A DNA stretch of 64,000 bases from positions 4,288,001-4,352,000 of the forward strand of contig CBDETY010000003.1 of NCBI GenBank assembly GCA_965243025.1, written 5' to 3'. The DNA comes from Candidatus Latescibacterota bacterium. GTDB taxonomy: Bacteria; Latescibacterota; UBA2968; UBA8231. A model generated the notes under the pieces. The model had not been told where the DNA came from and did not search any database. It saw nothing but the letters and a program-made list of their open reading frames with translations. Shown in pieces: positions 37,712-48,082 of this stretch (positions are counted from its first letter, which is position 1; every line of letters begins with the position of its first letter). Both the position numbers and the translations under genes were made by a program.

Positions 37712-40161
37712 GCCGGCGCTACGTGGAAGTGGCGCTTCCCCCTCCCCTGCCCCGGGAGCTCACCTACTCCGTGCCCGGGGAATCGATCGGCGACGTCCGT
37801 CCGGGCACTGTTGTTCTCGTCCCGGTGCAGAACCGGCTCGTCACCGGCTTCGTCATCGGCGACAGCGGACCGACCGAATCCCTGAGCCCGGAAAAAATCC
37901 GCGACCTCGTGCAGATCCTCGATACCGACTCCCCGCTGACTCCGGAGGTCGTCGACCTGTGCCGGTGGATGGCCTCCTATTACGGCGCTCCGATCGGCAG
38001 CGCACTGGCGGCGGCATTGCCTCCCGGAGTCAAGCTGACCACGCAACGGCGCGTTCAGCTGGCAAACGGCGCCGCCCCCCCCTCGGAAGAGGGGCTCGCC
38101 GCCCGCATCGTCGATGAGCTGAGCTCCGGCGCGCTCAAGGTAACCACGCTGCGCAGGCGCCTGGGACGCAACGGACTCGAACAGGCGTTGCGGCGGATGC
38201 AAAGGGCTGGCCAGATCGACATCCTTCCCGTGCTCGAGGACGCAGAGGTATCCGTCAGGCGGGAACAGCGGGTGCGGGTCATCGACGTGAAGAGCGCCGC
38301 GGCCACCCTGCCGGAGCTGACCCGGCGGGCGCCGCGGCAGGCGAGCTGCCTGCGCTACGTCCTCGAGCGCGGGTCCGAGTCCAAAAAGGCGCTGGTCGCC
38401 AGCGGCTTCGGGTATGGAATACTTCGCGGACTCGGTTCCCGCGGCCTGGTAGCGACCGTCGAGGAGGAGGTCGTGCGCGATCCCCTGGCCCACCTCGACG
38501 GCCTGACTGACGAGGCGCTCGAACCCAACCCCGATCAGCAGGCGGTCCTCGAGCCGATTCTCGAGGCGCTCGAGAAACGCGTCTACTTCCCCGCACTGCT
38601 CCAGGGGGTCACCGGCAGCGGCAAGACCCTGGTCTACCTCCGCGCCGCGGAACATGCGTTGCGGCAGGGACGCGGCGCCATCGTCCTGGTCCCGGAGATC
38701 GCCCTCGCCTGGCAGATGGTGCGGCGCTTCAAGGGGCGGTTCGGCGATCGCGTCGCCGTGCTCCACAGCCAGCTGTCCAAGGGAGAACGCTACGATACCT
38801 GGCGCCGACTGCGTCGCGGCGAGCAGCGTCTCGTCATCGGTCCCCGCTCGGCGATCCTGGCGCCGGTGGCCGACCTCGGGCTGGTGGTCGTCGACGAAGA
38901 ACACGACGGCTCCTACAACCAGGACGATCTCGAAAACCGCCACGCTCTCTGCTACAGCGCCCGCGACGTAGCCCTTGTGCGCGCGCGCATGGCAGGCGCC
39001 GCAGTGGTGCTCGGGTCGGCAACCCCGAGCCTGGAGTCGTACTGGAACGCGCGCTCAGGCAAGTACCGGACCCTGTCGCTGCCGCGGCGGGTCGACGACC
39101 GCCCGCTTCCCGAAATCACCGTCGTCGACATGCGCCGCGAGCCGTTCCAGCGCCGCCGGCCGGCGCTCTTCTCCAAGATCCTGCGCCTGAAGATCCACGA
39201 CCGCCTGGAGGGCGGCGAGCGAGCCATCCTGTTGCAGAACCGCCGCGGTTTCGCCCCGGTCGTGCAGTGCCGCGACTGCGGCGAAACGGTTCAGTGCACC
39301 CGCTGCCGGGTCTGCCTGACCTTGCATCGCAGCCGCGGGGAGGAGTTGCGCTGCCATTACTGCGACTACCGCCGCCCCGTGCCGGCAACCTGCCCCGGAT
39401 GCGGCAGCGAGGAAGTCCGCGAGACCGGCATCGGAACCCAACAGGTCGAAACCGCCCTCCTGGAACAGTTTCCGGGTATACGCGTCATTCGGATGGACGT
39501 CGACACGACCGGGTGGAAGGGAGCTCACGACCGCCTCGTCGAACGCTTTCGCGCCGGGGAAGCCGACGTGCTGCTCGGAACCCAGATGGTTGCCAAGGGA
39601 CTGGATTTCCCCGAGGTAACCCTTGTCGGCGTCATCTCCGCCGATACCGGGCTGCACCTGCCGGACTTCCGCGCCGCCGAACGGAGCTTCCAGCTGTTGA
39701 CGCAGGTGGCGGGCCGTTCCGGCAGGGGGGATCGCCGCGGCGAGGTGGTGGTGCAGACGCGGCTTCCGGAAGACCGCTCTCTGGCGGCCGCGGCGCGGCA
39801 GGACTTCAGCGCCTTTGCGGAAGAGGAACTCGCGCAACGGCGCCAGGCCGGCTTTCCGCCTTTCGGCCGCCTGCTGCTGCTGCGCTGGCGGGGCCCCGCA
39901 CAGGACCAGGTGGAAGCCGCCGCTCATCGCGGCACCGGGATGCTGTCCCGCTCCCGGCCGCGCGAGGGCGCGGTCCTCGGACCGGCCCCGGCTCCTCTCG
40001 CGCTGCTGCGCGGATACCACCGCTGGCAGGCGCTTCTGCAAGGCCCGTCGGCCCGCTTTCTCAGGGACTGGGTCGTGCCGGCCATCGACCCGATGCGGGA
40101 GTCGGCAGGAAGTCGCGGCGTCGCCATGTCCCTTGTGGTCGACCCGCAGAACACCATGTAG
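37708..40161 (+). CDS. priA: Primosomal protein N'
   Basis: GVTGSGKT, DEEHD, SATPSLES, four CxxC, GTQMVAKGLDFP. Confidence 0.97.
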   Translation: MSRRYVEVALPPPLPRELTYSVPGESIGDVRPGTVVLVPVQNRLVTGFVIGDSGPTESLSPEKIRDLVQILDTDSPLTPEVVDLCRWMASYYGAPIGSALAAALPPGVKLTTQRRVQLANGAAPPSEEGLAARIVDELSSGALKVTTLRRRLGRNGLEQALRRMQRAGQIDILPVLEDAEVSVRREQRVRVIDVKSAAATLPELTRRAPRQASCLRYVLERGSESKKALVASGFGYGILRGLGSRGLVATVEEEVVRDPLAHLDGLTDEALEPNPDQQAVLEPILEALEKRVYFPALLQGVTGSGKTLVYLRAAEHALRQGRGAIVLVPEIALAWQMVRRFKGRFGDRVAVLHSQLSKGERYDTWRRLRRGEQRLVIGPRSAILAPVADLGLVVVDEEHDGSYNQDDLENRHALCYSARDVALVRARMAGAAVVLGSATPSLESYWNARSGKYRTLSLPRRVDDRPLPEITVVDMRREPFQRRRPALFSKILRLKIHDRLEGGERAILLQNRRGFAPVVQCRDCGETVQCTRCRVCLTLHRSRGEELRCHYCDYRRPVPATCPGCGSEEVRETGIGTQQVETALLEQFPGIRVIRMDVDTTGWKGAHDRLVERFRAGEADVLLGTQMVAKGLDFPEVTLVGVISADTGLHLPDFRAAERSFQLLTQVAGRSGRGDRRGEVVVQTRLPEDRSLAAAARQDFSAFAEEELAQRRQAGFPPFGRLLLLRWRGPAQDQVEAAAHRGTGMLSRSRPREGAVLGPAPAPLALLRGYHRWQALLQGPSARFLRDWVVPAIDPMRESAGSRGVAMSLVVDPQNTM

Positions 40162-40171
40162 ACGCAAGCAA

Positions 40172-42454
40172 GTGACACCGATTCCGAAATTCTGTCCCCG
40201 GCCCCTCGCCATCGCCCTGACCCTTGCCGGCGCACCAGCCACTCCCGGCTCGGCACAGGACGGAGAAGAAGACTGGGCCGCTTTCACGAGCATGCTCGAG
40301 GTCAACCAGCTCCACGTCGACCCCGGCGGCGACGTCTGGGCGGCAACCGATGGAGGCGCCCTGTATCTCGACGTCGACACCCAGGAGTACAGGCGCTTCA
40401 CGCGCGTCGACGGGCTCGCGGGCAATACTCTTCTCGCGGTGACCGGAGACGACCGCGGACATATCTGGTTCGGCAGCGACCGGCGGGGATTGAGCCGTTT
40501 CCGTCCCGAAACCAACTCCTTCGATCCGCCGTTTCTCGAATTCCGCGATCTTCGCATCAACGCCCTGCTGGCACTGGGCGACCGGCTCTACGTCGGCACC
40601 GAGGAGGGGGTAAGTCTTTTCCTGATCGACAAGGAGGAAGTGAAGGAGACGTACCGAAATCTCGGCGTACTGGGGCGCGATTCCGAGGTGATCGGACTTG
40701 GGATTATCGATGGCCTTCTGGTCGCCGGAACCACCCTGGGGGTCGCCTACGCCGACCTCGGCCAGCCCAATCTCCAGGATCCGGACAGCTGGGAGACCCT
40801 CGGCGGAACCGAGGACCTCGTCGACCTCCTCGAATTCGAAGGAACCCTGTTTCTGGCCGGACGGTTCGGGATTTCCTCGTTCCGTTCCGGGGAATACCGG
40901 ATCACGTTCGAGCTTGCCAACAAACCCGCCACCAGCCTCGGAGTCTTCGAAGGCCGTGTAGTGGCCTCCCTCGAGGAGGGCACCATCTTCGGGCGCGATC
41001 CCCAGGGTACCTGGGAGCGGGTTCGGGGAAGGTCGATATCCGGGGTCAGCGACATGTCCGAAAACGCCGATATCCTCTGGCTCGCCACCCGCCAGGGGCT
41101 GAGAGTCATCGGCGGAGATCCCCCTCCCCCCTCGAACGAGCCGGCCGAGAACCACTTCTTCGACATGGAGCTTCTCGACGGCGAGTTGTGGGTCGCCAGT
41201 GTGCCCGACGACCACCAGCAATCGTTCGGCGTCTACCAGCTCGGCGACTCCGGCTGGACGGTCCACAACCGGAGGTCGGGAATGCCCACCAACAATCTCA
41301 TCACCATCGAGGCTGATGGCGAAGGCCGCGTCTGGGTCGGATCCTGGGGCGGCGGAGTCGCCGTCCGGGACCAGGACGGCTGGGCAATCGTAAACCACGA
41401 GAACTCACCCCTGATCGGCATCGGGTCGAGCCGGAGCTTCGTCGCCATAAGCGATATCGCCCGCGACGAGGACGGGAACATGTGGATGGTCAACCTCAGA
41501 GGCGGCGTGGTGGTTGTCGACGGTTATCCCGTGCGGAACGGACTGCTGATCCCCCAGGACTGGCTGGGATTCGACACCCAGACCGACACCGGCAAGATCC
41601 GGTTCCGCGCCGACGGCGACGGCCTGAAATGGATAACCAGCCGCACCGAGGGAATCGCGGTACTCGACGACGGGGGCACGCCGTTCGACGACAGCGACGA
41701 CCGGACTGCTCGGCTCACCACCGCCAGCGAGCCCCGCCTTTCGAGCGACCGCATCACCGACCTCATGCTCGCCGCGGACGGGACCGTATGGGTGGGCACC
41801 AACAACGGCCTCGACAGCTTCAAGGGCACCTTCTCCGGGGATTCCGGCAGCTATTCGATCGCGGAGGAGGACTGGAGGACGTACGGGATCCATGACGGCC
41901 TGCCCACCGACGAAATCAACGCCCTGGCTGTCGACGCGGCGGGAAACATCTGGGTGGGGACCGAGGAAGGGCTGGCGCGAATAAACTCCCGCGGGGAGTG
42001 GGAGTTCACTTTTACCACCTCCAACAGCGGCTTGATCGACAACCGCGTGAAATCGCTGTTTTTCGACGAGATCGAGGGGGAGCTCTGGATCGGCACCTTC
42101 GACGGTCTGAGCCGCCTGACCCTCGGGGCCTCGGCTCCCGAAGGAAAAGCGGGCGAAGATCTGGCCATTTACCCGAACCCGTTCGATCCCTTCAATGAAG
42201 AGGGCAAACCGCTGACGGTTTCCGGCCTTCCCCTCGGCGCTTCGCTGCGGATCTACCGCCCCTCCGGACAGCTGGTCAGCCACCTTCCCGGCGAACCCGG
42301 AAGAGGGACGTTGTCGTGGAAGGGAGTGAACGAGGCCGGTTTTCTCGTCGGCTCGGGGGTCTACCTGATCGTCGCGGAAGACGCCCAGGGCAATCGCCGG
42401 CGCGGCAAGGTGGCGGTAATCAACGGCACGTCGGGATCGCCGCTGGCACGGTGA
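40172..42454 (+). CDS. Beta-propeller (two-component regulator propeller repeat) protein with C-terminal FlgD-Ig/T9SS-like domain; PorZ-like
   Basis: Signal peptide; repeated D..G.(I/V)W.GT..G(L/V) blades; C-terminal IYPNPF..LRIY..SGQLV..W.G.N..G..VGSGVY. Confidence 0.75.
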   Translation: MTPIPKFCPRPLAIALTLAGAPATPGSAQDGEEDWAAFTSMLEVNQLHVDPGGDVWAATDGGALYLDVDTQEYRRFTRVDGLAGNTLLAVTGDDRGHIWFGSDRRGLSRFRPETNSFDPPFLEFRDLRINALLALGDRLYVGTEEGVSLFLIDKEEVKETYRNLGVLGRDSEVIGLGIIDGLLVAGTTLGVAYADLGQPNLQDPDSWETLGGTEDLVDLLEFEGTLFLAGRFGISSFRSGEYRITFELANKPATSLGVFEGRVVASLEEGTIFGRDPQGTWERVRGRSISGVSDMSENADILWLATRQGLRVIGGDPPPPSNEPAENHFFDMELLDGELWVASVPDDHQQSFGVYQLGDSGWTVHNRRSGMPTNNLITIEADGEGRVWVGSWGGGVAVRDQDGWAIVNHENSPLIGIGSSRSFVAISDIARDEDGNMWMVNLRGGVVVVDGYPVRNGLLIPQDWLGFDTQTDTGKIRFRADGDGLKWITSRTEGIAVLDDGGTPFDDSDDRTARLTTASEPRLSSDRITDLMLAADGTVWVGTNNGLDSFKGTFSGDSGSYSIAEEDWRTYGIHDGLPTDEINALAVDAAGNIWVGTEEGLARINSRGEWEFTFTTSNSGLIDNRVKSLFFDEIEGELWIGTFDGLSRLTLGASAPEGKAGEDLAIYPNPFDPFNEEGKPLTVSGLPLGASLRIYRPSGQLVSHLPGEPGRGTLSWKGVNEAGFLVGSGVYLIVAEDAQGNRRRGKVAVINGTSGSPLAR

Positions 42455-43113
42455 GACGACTCCCCCGGATTCTGCTCCCCTTGCTGTTCCTGTCGCCGGG
42501 GCTGGCAGCCGGCGACGGCCACCGGTTCGCGATCGCCCGCCTTCAGTACGACGGCGGCGGCGACTGGTACAGCAATCCCTCTTCCCTGCCGAACCTTCTC
42601 CGCTACATCGCCGGGCACACCCGCGTCGAGGCCGCACCCGAGGAGGGGCGGGTGCGCATCATGGACGAGGAGCTGTTCTCCTACCCGTACCTGTACATGA
42701 CCGGGCACGGCAACGTCTCGCTGTCGGAAGCGGAAGTGATCCGCCTGCGGCAGTATCTCGAGAACGGCGGTTTCCTGCACGCCGACGACAACTACGGGAT
42801 GGACGAATCCTTCCGCCGCGAGATGCGCAAGCTCTTTCCGCGCAAAGAATTCGTCGAGCTGCCCCCGGGTCACGGCATCTTCCGCAGCCATTTCGAGCTC
42901 CCCGGCGGACTGCCGAAGATCCACGAGCACGACGGCAACCGCCCGCAGGCCCTGGCCATGTTCGAAGGCAGCCGCATCGCCCTCCTCTACACCTTCGAAT
43001 CGGACCTCGGCGACGGCTGGGAAGATGCCGACGTCCACGGCGACCCCGGGGAGAAACGAGAGGCGGCGTTGCGCATGGGGACCAACATAGTCGTCTGGGC
43101 ACTCACTCACTGA
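42451..43113 (+). CDS. DUF4159 domain protein
   Basis: IARLQY.GGGDWY.NP..LPNL, YP.LYMTGHG, GGFLHADDNYG, DLGDGWE. Confidence 0.85.
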   Translation: MRRLPRILLPLLFLSPGLAAGDGHRFAIARLQYDGGGDWYSNPSSLPNLLRYIAGHTRVEAAPEEGRVRIMDEELFSYPYLYMTGHGNVSLSEAEVIRLRQYLENGGFLHADDNYGMDESFRREMRKLFPRKEFVELPPGHGIFRSHFELPGGLPKIHEHDGNRPQALAMFEGSRIALLYTFESDLGDGWEDADVHGDPGEKREAALRMGTNIVVWALTH

Positions 43114-43141
43114 GGGCTGGGAGTTCAACCAGGAAAGGCGA

Positions 43142-46100
43142 ATGGCCGCCGAAGACAAGGGGCGAAGCGGGGCTTCCAATGCCGACTCCCGAAAGACGGG
43201 GTCGCATGCGGAGAATGAAGAGGTGTCCGCCGAACCCGGGAACCGATCCGATAGGGAACTCGCCTCGATAATCGCCTTCGCCCGCCGGCTCCGCCGCCGG
43301 CTGGTGGCGGTCGAGGCCGGATCCGCCCTGCTGCAGGGGCTTGCCGTCGCGCTGCTGCTCGGGCTCGCCGCAGTCTGCGCCGAGCACCTGCTCTACCCGG
43401 GACCCTTCTGGCGCACGGCGCTTGTGCTGGCCCCGCTCGCCGCCGCCGTCGCCGCCGCAGGGCTGAGGGTATACTCGCGGCTGCGCGGGCGGCTGACCTG
43501 GCACCGCGTCGGCCTGCTGGCCGAAAGGGACCTCCGGGAGCTCCGCGGGCGCCTGACCCTCGCCCTCGAGCTGGCGACTTCCCCGCCCCGGCGGCGGACC
43601 GGCTCCCCCGGCCTCACCGCGGCCGCGGTTCGGGGGGCGGCAGCCTGCATCGAAGGCCGCTCCACGGCATCCATCGTCGGCTGGAATCCCCTGCGGCAGG
43701 CGGTCCGGCAACTCGCCCTTGCGGCCCTGGCCGCCGCGGCTGCCGGCTCCCTGTTCGCCGACGATCTGCTGCCCGCGGCAAAGCGCTGCGCGAGTCCTCT
43801 GCGCGAGCACCCCCGCCTGGCGCGGACTCTCATCGAGGTCCGGCCCCCGCAGCTGGAGGTGGTGAAGGGAGAAGACGCCGCGGTCGAGATCCTGTTCTCC
43901 GGGGAGGTGCCGCGCACCGCGGAAGTCCTGAGGCGCGACGCTGACAGCGCCGACTGGCAGGTCACCGAGATCGCCGCCTCCGCGGGCGAGGCCGCCGACA
44001 CGGTCCGCTACATCTTCACCGGCGTGGCGCGACCGTTCTCCTTTGCCGTCCGCGGAGGCGACGGGCACGCGGGGCCGTACCGCGTCGAGGTCCTCGATCC
44101 TCCCGAGGTGCGGCAGCTTACCATCCGCTACCGCTACCCCCCGCACTGCGGCTGGCCGGAGCGGGTCGAATCCGGAAACGGCGACGTCAGCGCACCTGCC
44201 GGAACCGAGGTGGAAATCCGGATCGATGCCTCCAAGCCGCTCGCCGAAGCCGCCCTGGTCGTCGACGACAGCCTGCGCCTGCCGGCCGAGGTCGAGGATC
44301 TGGGAGCCCGCGTCACCTTCTCCCTGCCGGTCGCCGCGGACCGGGGCAGCGACCCCGAAACCCCCGCCCCTGAGCGCCGTCTCTACCACATCGACCTGAG
44401 AGACCGCAAGGGGGTGGCAAACCGCGACCCGATCCGCTACGCCATCGAGGTGCTGCAGGACCAGGATCCGCGGGTGGCGTTCGTCGAGCCGGGAGAAGAC
44501 ATCGATCTTCCCGAGTCCAGGGTGGTCCGCCTGGGAATAGAGGGAAGCGACGATTTCGGCATCGCCTCCCTCGAGCTGCTGTTCCGCAAGAACGGCGGCA
44601 GCGAGGCCTCGGCCGCCCTGAGCTTCCGCCCGGGCCCGCGGGTCGCCGTCGAACACCTCTGGGATCTCGCCGGCCTCGACCTGCTGCCCGAAGACCGCGT
44701 CACCTACCGCGTGCGCGCCACCGACAACGACGCGGTCACGGGACCGAAGAGCAGCTTCTCGAAGGAGTTCGCCGTGCGCTTCCCGTCGATGTTCGAGCTT
44801 CTCGACGAAGTCACCGAGCTGCAGAGCGAAACGGTGATGTCGATGGAGGAGCTGATCGACCGGGAGCGCAGCGCGCAGCAGTACCTCGAGCAGGTGCGCC
44901 GGGAGGTCCTGAAGACCGAGGAGCTCAGCTGGGAGCAGAAACGGGAGCTCGAAGCGGCGCTGGACCGCGAGCGCGAGCGCGCCAGGGCCCTCGAAGAGGC
45001 GGCTCAGGAACTGGCCGAGGTGGCGGAAAAGCTGTCGGACCAGGGTCTGGGCTCGCGGGAGCTCCTCGACAAGATGGAGGAGATCCGCGAGCTGATGGAG
45101 GAGGTCACCACACCCGAGCTGCTCGAGGCCCTGCGGGAGCTGGAACAGTCCGCCGGCGAGCTCGACCCGGAACAGCTGGCGGAAACACTGAAGAGATTCG
45201 GCGAGGAGTACGAGGTCTTCGAGCAGCGTCTCGACCGCACCCTGGCGCTGCTGCGGCAGGTCCAGGCCGAGCAGCAGCTCGACGCGGCGGTCGAGAAGGC
45301 CCGCGACCTGCTCTCGCGGCAGGAGAACATCGGCGAAGCGCTCGCCTCCGCTTCGGAGGCCGCGGCTCGCCTCGAGGCGCGGGAGGAGGCCCTGGCCCGC
45401 GACTCCGAGCGCCTGCGAGGCGATCTCGAGGAGGCTGCCGCGGCGCTTGCCCCGATCAGCCCGGAAAGCTCGGAAGGCCTCAGCCGCGAGGCGGCGGAAA
45501 TGGAGCAGCGCGCCCTCGCCGGGCGCATGAGGGAAATGGCGGCGAGCATGGGGCAAGGGAGGCGGCGGCATGCCCGGGGCCTCGGCAAGGGGCTGGAGGA
45601 GGATCTCGGCGGGCTTGCGGGGGACCTCGAAAAGCTGCGGGACCAGTTCTCCGCCGAGGGCAGGAACCGCCTCGTCGCGCAGCTTCGCGACGCCATGGCC
45701 GGCCTGATCGATCTATCTCACAGCCAGGAGGAGCTGTCCCGGCGCACCGGCCGGGAACGGGACGGGGCGTCGGCCGCGGCCCTCGCCGACGAGCAGTTCG
45801 CCCTGCTGCGAGGCGCCGACGCCGTCATCGCCGGGCTGGCGCGGGCAGGCCGGCAGACCCTGAGCCTGGATCCGGCCGTAATCGTAACCGCCGGGTATGC
45901 GCGTCAGCAGATGCAGGAGTCCGGACACCGGCTCGGACAGCGGGAGGCCGGACGGTCCCTTTCCAGCCAGGCCGAGGCTTACGGCTACCTGAACGAAGCT
46001 GCCAACATGCTGCGCCGGAGCATCGAGGACGTCGCCTCGTCGTTCATGCCGTCCGGGTTCGCCGAGGCGATGGAGAAGCTGCTCGGGCTTTCAGAACAGC

Positions 46101-46657
46101 AGGCCGCCCTCAACCAGGCGACGCGGGAAGCGATCGAGGGCATGGAGGGGCAGGAGGGAGAACGCGGAAGACCTGCTCGCGGGGCGAACGCGAGAGCCGA
46201 CATGGCCCGCCTGGCCGCCGAACAGCGCAGCATCATGCAGGCGCTGTCAGAAATCGAGCGCAGTTTGCGCGGCCATCGAGGCGCGGAAAAACGGATGCGC
46301 GGGATCGCCGAGGAAATGAAGGGGGTGCTGCGCGACATGCGGCAGAGCCGGCCCCACTCCCGCATCAACCAGGCGCAGGAGCGGATCTACCAGCGCATGC
46401 TCGACGCCAGCCGTTCGATCTACGCGCGCGGGTCCAAGAAGCAGAGGCAGTCCGAAGCCGGCGCCGACCGCGAATATGCCGGACCGCTGTGGATCCCGGG
46501 GGACCTCGGCCAGCGCCCCGACCTCTGGCGCGAGGCGATGAAGCGCGCCCTCGCCGGCAACCTGCCCCCGGAGTACCGCGAGCTGGTGCGCCGCTACTAC
46601 GAGTCGGTCTACGCCGACATCGCCGCCCGCCCCGACACCCTGGAAGGGCTGCCGTGA
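43142..46657 (+). CDS. DUF4175-like large membrane protein (TM + Ig-like + coiled coil)
   Basis: N-terminal TMs, P.YP..GW, D..P.V....P, DDFGI, A.DND...GPK, long coiled coil, PPEYRELVRRYY. Confidence 0.75.
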   Translation: MAAEDKGRSGASNADSRKTGSHAENEEVSAEPGNRSDRELASIIAFARRLRRRLVAVEAGSALLQGLAVALLLGLAAVCAEHLLYPGPFWRTALVLAPLAAAVAAAGLRVYSRLRGRLTWHRVGLLAERDLRELRGRLTLALELATSPPRRRTGSPGLTAAAVRGAAACIEGRSTASIVGWNPLRQAVRQLALAALAAAAAGSLFADDLLPAAKRCASPLREHPRLARTLIEVRPPQLEVVKGEDAAVEILFSGEVPRTAEVLRRDADSADWQVTEIAASAGEAADTVRYIFTGVARPFSFAVRGGDGHAGPYRVEVLDPPEVRQLTIRYRYPPHCGWPERVESGNGDVSAPAGTEVEIRIDASKPLAEAALVVDDSLRLPAEVEDLGARVTFSLPVAADRGSDPETPAPERRLYHIDLRDRKGVANRDPIRYAIEVLQDQDPRVAFVEPGEDIDLPESRVVRLGIEGSDDFGIASLELLFRKNGGSEASAALSFRPGPRVAVEHLWDLAGLDLLPEDRVTYRVRATDNDAVTGPKSSFSKEFAVRFPSMFELLDEVTELQSETVMSMEELIDRERSAQQYLEQVRREVLKTEELSWEQKRELEAALDRERERARALEEAAQELAEVAEKLSDQGLGSRELLDKMEEIRELMEEVTTPELLEALRELEQSAGELDPEQLAETLKRFGEEYEVFEQRLDRTLALLRQVQAEQQLDAAVEKARDLLSRQENIGEALASASEAAARLEAREEALARDSERLRGDLEEAAAALAPISPESSEGLSREAAEMEQRALAGRMREMAASMGQGRRRHARGLGKGLEEDLGGLAGDLEKLRDQFSAEGRNRLVAQLRDAMAGLIDLSHSQEELSRRTGRERDGASAAALADEQFALLRGADAVIAGLARAGRQTLSLDPAVIVTAGYARQQMQESGHRLGQREAGRSLSSQAEAYGYLNEAANMLRRSIEDVASSFMPSGFAEAMEKLLGLSEQQAALNQATREAIEGMEGQEGERGRPARGANARADMARLAAEQRSIMQALSEIERSLRGHRGAEKRMRGIAEEMKGVLRDMRQSRPHSRINQAQERIYQRMLDASRSIYARGSKKQRQSEAGADREYAGPLWIPGDLGQRPDLWREAMKRALAGNLPPEYRELVRRYYESVYADIAARPDTLEGLP

Positions 46658-48069
46658 GCGCGCGCGGACTGTTGTTCTGCCTCTGCCTCGGGGCGGCCCT
46701 GAACACACAGACTGGAGCGCAAACCGGCGACGCCGGCCAGCAGCGTCGCGGCACCCACCCATGGGCCCTCTGCCTCGAGCACCTGGCGGCCGGGCGCTAC
46801 CCCGAAGCGGTGAGCGCCGCCCTCGATTACCTCGACTCGCAACCTCAGCATTTCCCCCTGGTCGAGAGCCACTTCGAGAAGATCGCCGGAGCCGGGGACG
46901 GCAGCGCCGGGGAGCCGGAGCGGAGAACCGCCGCCGTCGCCCGGGCCCTGCGCGAAGCCCTGGACGGCTCGCACCGCGACCCCCTGCACGCGGCGATTCT
47001 TCTGGCCGCGGTATCGCTGAAGGCGGGCGAGCCGCAGGCAGGCCTGGAGGCGCTCCTCCAGATCGAGGGGCGCTCCGACATCGGCGGTGCGCTCTACGAA
47101 TTCGCCTCCCGCTGCGAGGCTTCCGGTTTCGACGAGGTTGCCGCGCAAAGCTACCGGCGTTACTCCGAACGCCCGCAGGGGAATCCCCGCTACCGTTCCG
47201 GATCTCTGCTCAAGGAGGGGGAGATCTACGAGCGGCAGGGGCGGCACGACCGGGCGCTGTCCGTGTACCGCGAGGTCGCCGACCGTTTTTCCCACGAGCC
47301 GGAAGGCCGCGAGGCGATCTACCGCCAGGGGCGCATGCTGCTGCAGGTTTACGGCGACGCCGGGACGGCGCGCCTGCTGCTGGCCTCCCTGGCCACCGGC
47401 CGCGGCGGATACCGCTCCTCCGACGCCGCCCTGCTGCTGGCCGAATGCGACCTCGCCGAGGGAGACCTCGACGCCGCCGGGGACCGCTACCGCGCCCTGC
47501 TGGACGCCTCCGCCGGAGACCGGGCGGCGCGCTACGGGCTCGGCCGCCTCGCCTGGCTGCACGCCGATTTCGAAGGCGCCCTCGCCCATTTCGACACCCT
47601 GCTCGCGGCGCAGCCGGGGCACGAGCTGGCCAACGACGCCCTGGAGGTCGTCACCCTGATCGAGGACCAGCGCGGGAACGAGCGGGAGCTGGCGCTCTAC
47701 GCGACGTCGCTTCTGTACCAGCACCAGGGCCGCCACGCGGAGGCCGCCGGGGTGAGACGGGAACTGCAGGGCGCGCCGGAAGGCATCGAGGTCCGCGCCA
47801 TGCTCGACCAGGCCCGGGCCTGCGAGGCGCGCGGCCGCCCAGACAGCGCCCTGGCGAGGTACGCCGAGGTCGCCGCATCGTTTCCCGGCCGCCGCGAGGC
47901 GCTCACCGCCCTGATCCTGCGGGCGCGTCTGCTCGAGAAACAGGGCCGCCCGCTCGAGGCGCTGCGCACCTGGGAGAGCGCCCTTCTGGGATTCCCCGGC
48001 GACCCACGGGCGGCGCAGGTCCGTCTCGAGATACAGCGGCTGCGGCCCCTGTACCGGGAGACGGGCTGA
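46654..48069 (+). CDS. Secreted TPR protein
   Basis: GTGA overlap with upstream gene, signal peptide, multiple TPRs, ANDALE motif. Confidence 0.8.
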   Translation: MSARGLLFCLCLGAALNTQTGAQTGDAGQQRRGTHPWALCLEHLAAGRYPEAVSAALDYLDSQPQHFPLVESHFEKIAGAGDGSAGEPERRTAAVARALREALDGSHRDPLHAAILLAAVSLKAGEPQAGLEALLQIEGRSDIGGALYEFASRCEASGFDEVAAQSYRRYSERPQGNPRYRSGSLLKEGEIYERQGRHDRALSVYREVADRFSHEPEGREAIYRQGRMLLQVYGDAGTARLLLASLATGRGGYRSSDAALLLAECDLAEGDLDAAGDRYRALLDASAGDRAARYGLGRLAWLHADFEGALAHFDTLLAAQPGHELANDALEVVTLIEDQRGNERELALYATSLLYQHQGRHAEAAGVRRELQGAPEGIEVRAMLDQARACEARGRPDSALARYAEVAASFPGRREALTALILRARLLEKQGRPLEALRTWESALLGFPGDPRAAQVRLEIQRLRPLYRETG

Positions 48070-48082
48070 GCCGGGGATTACA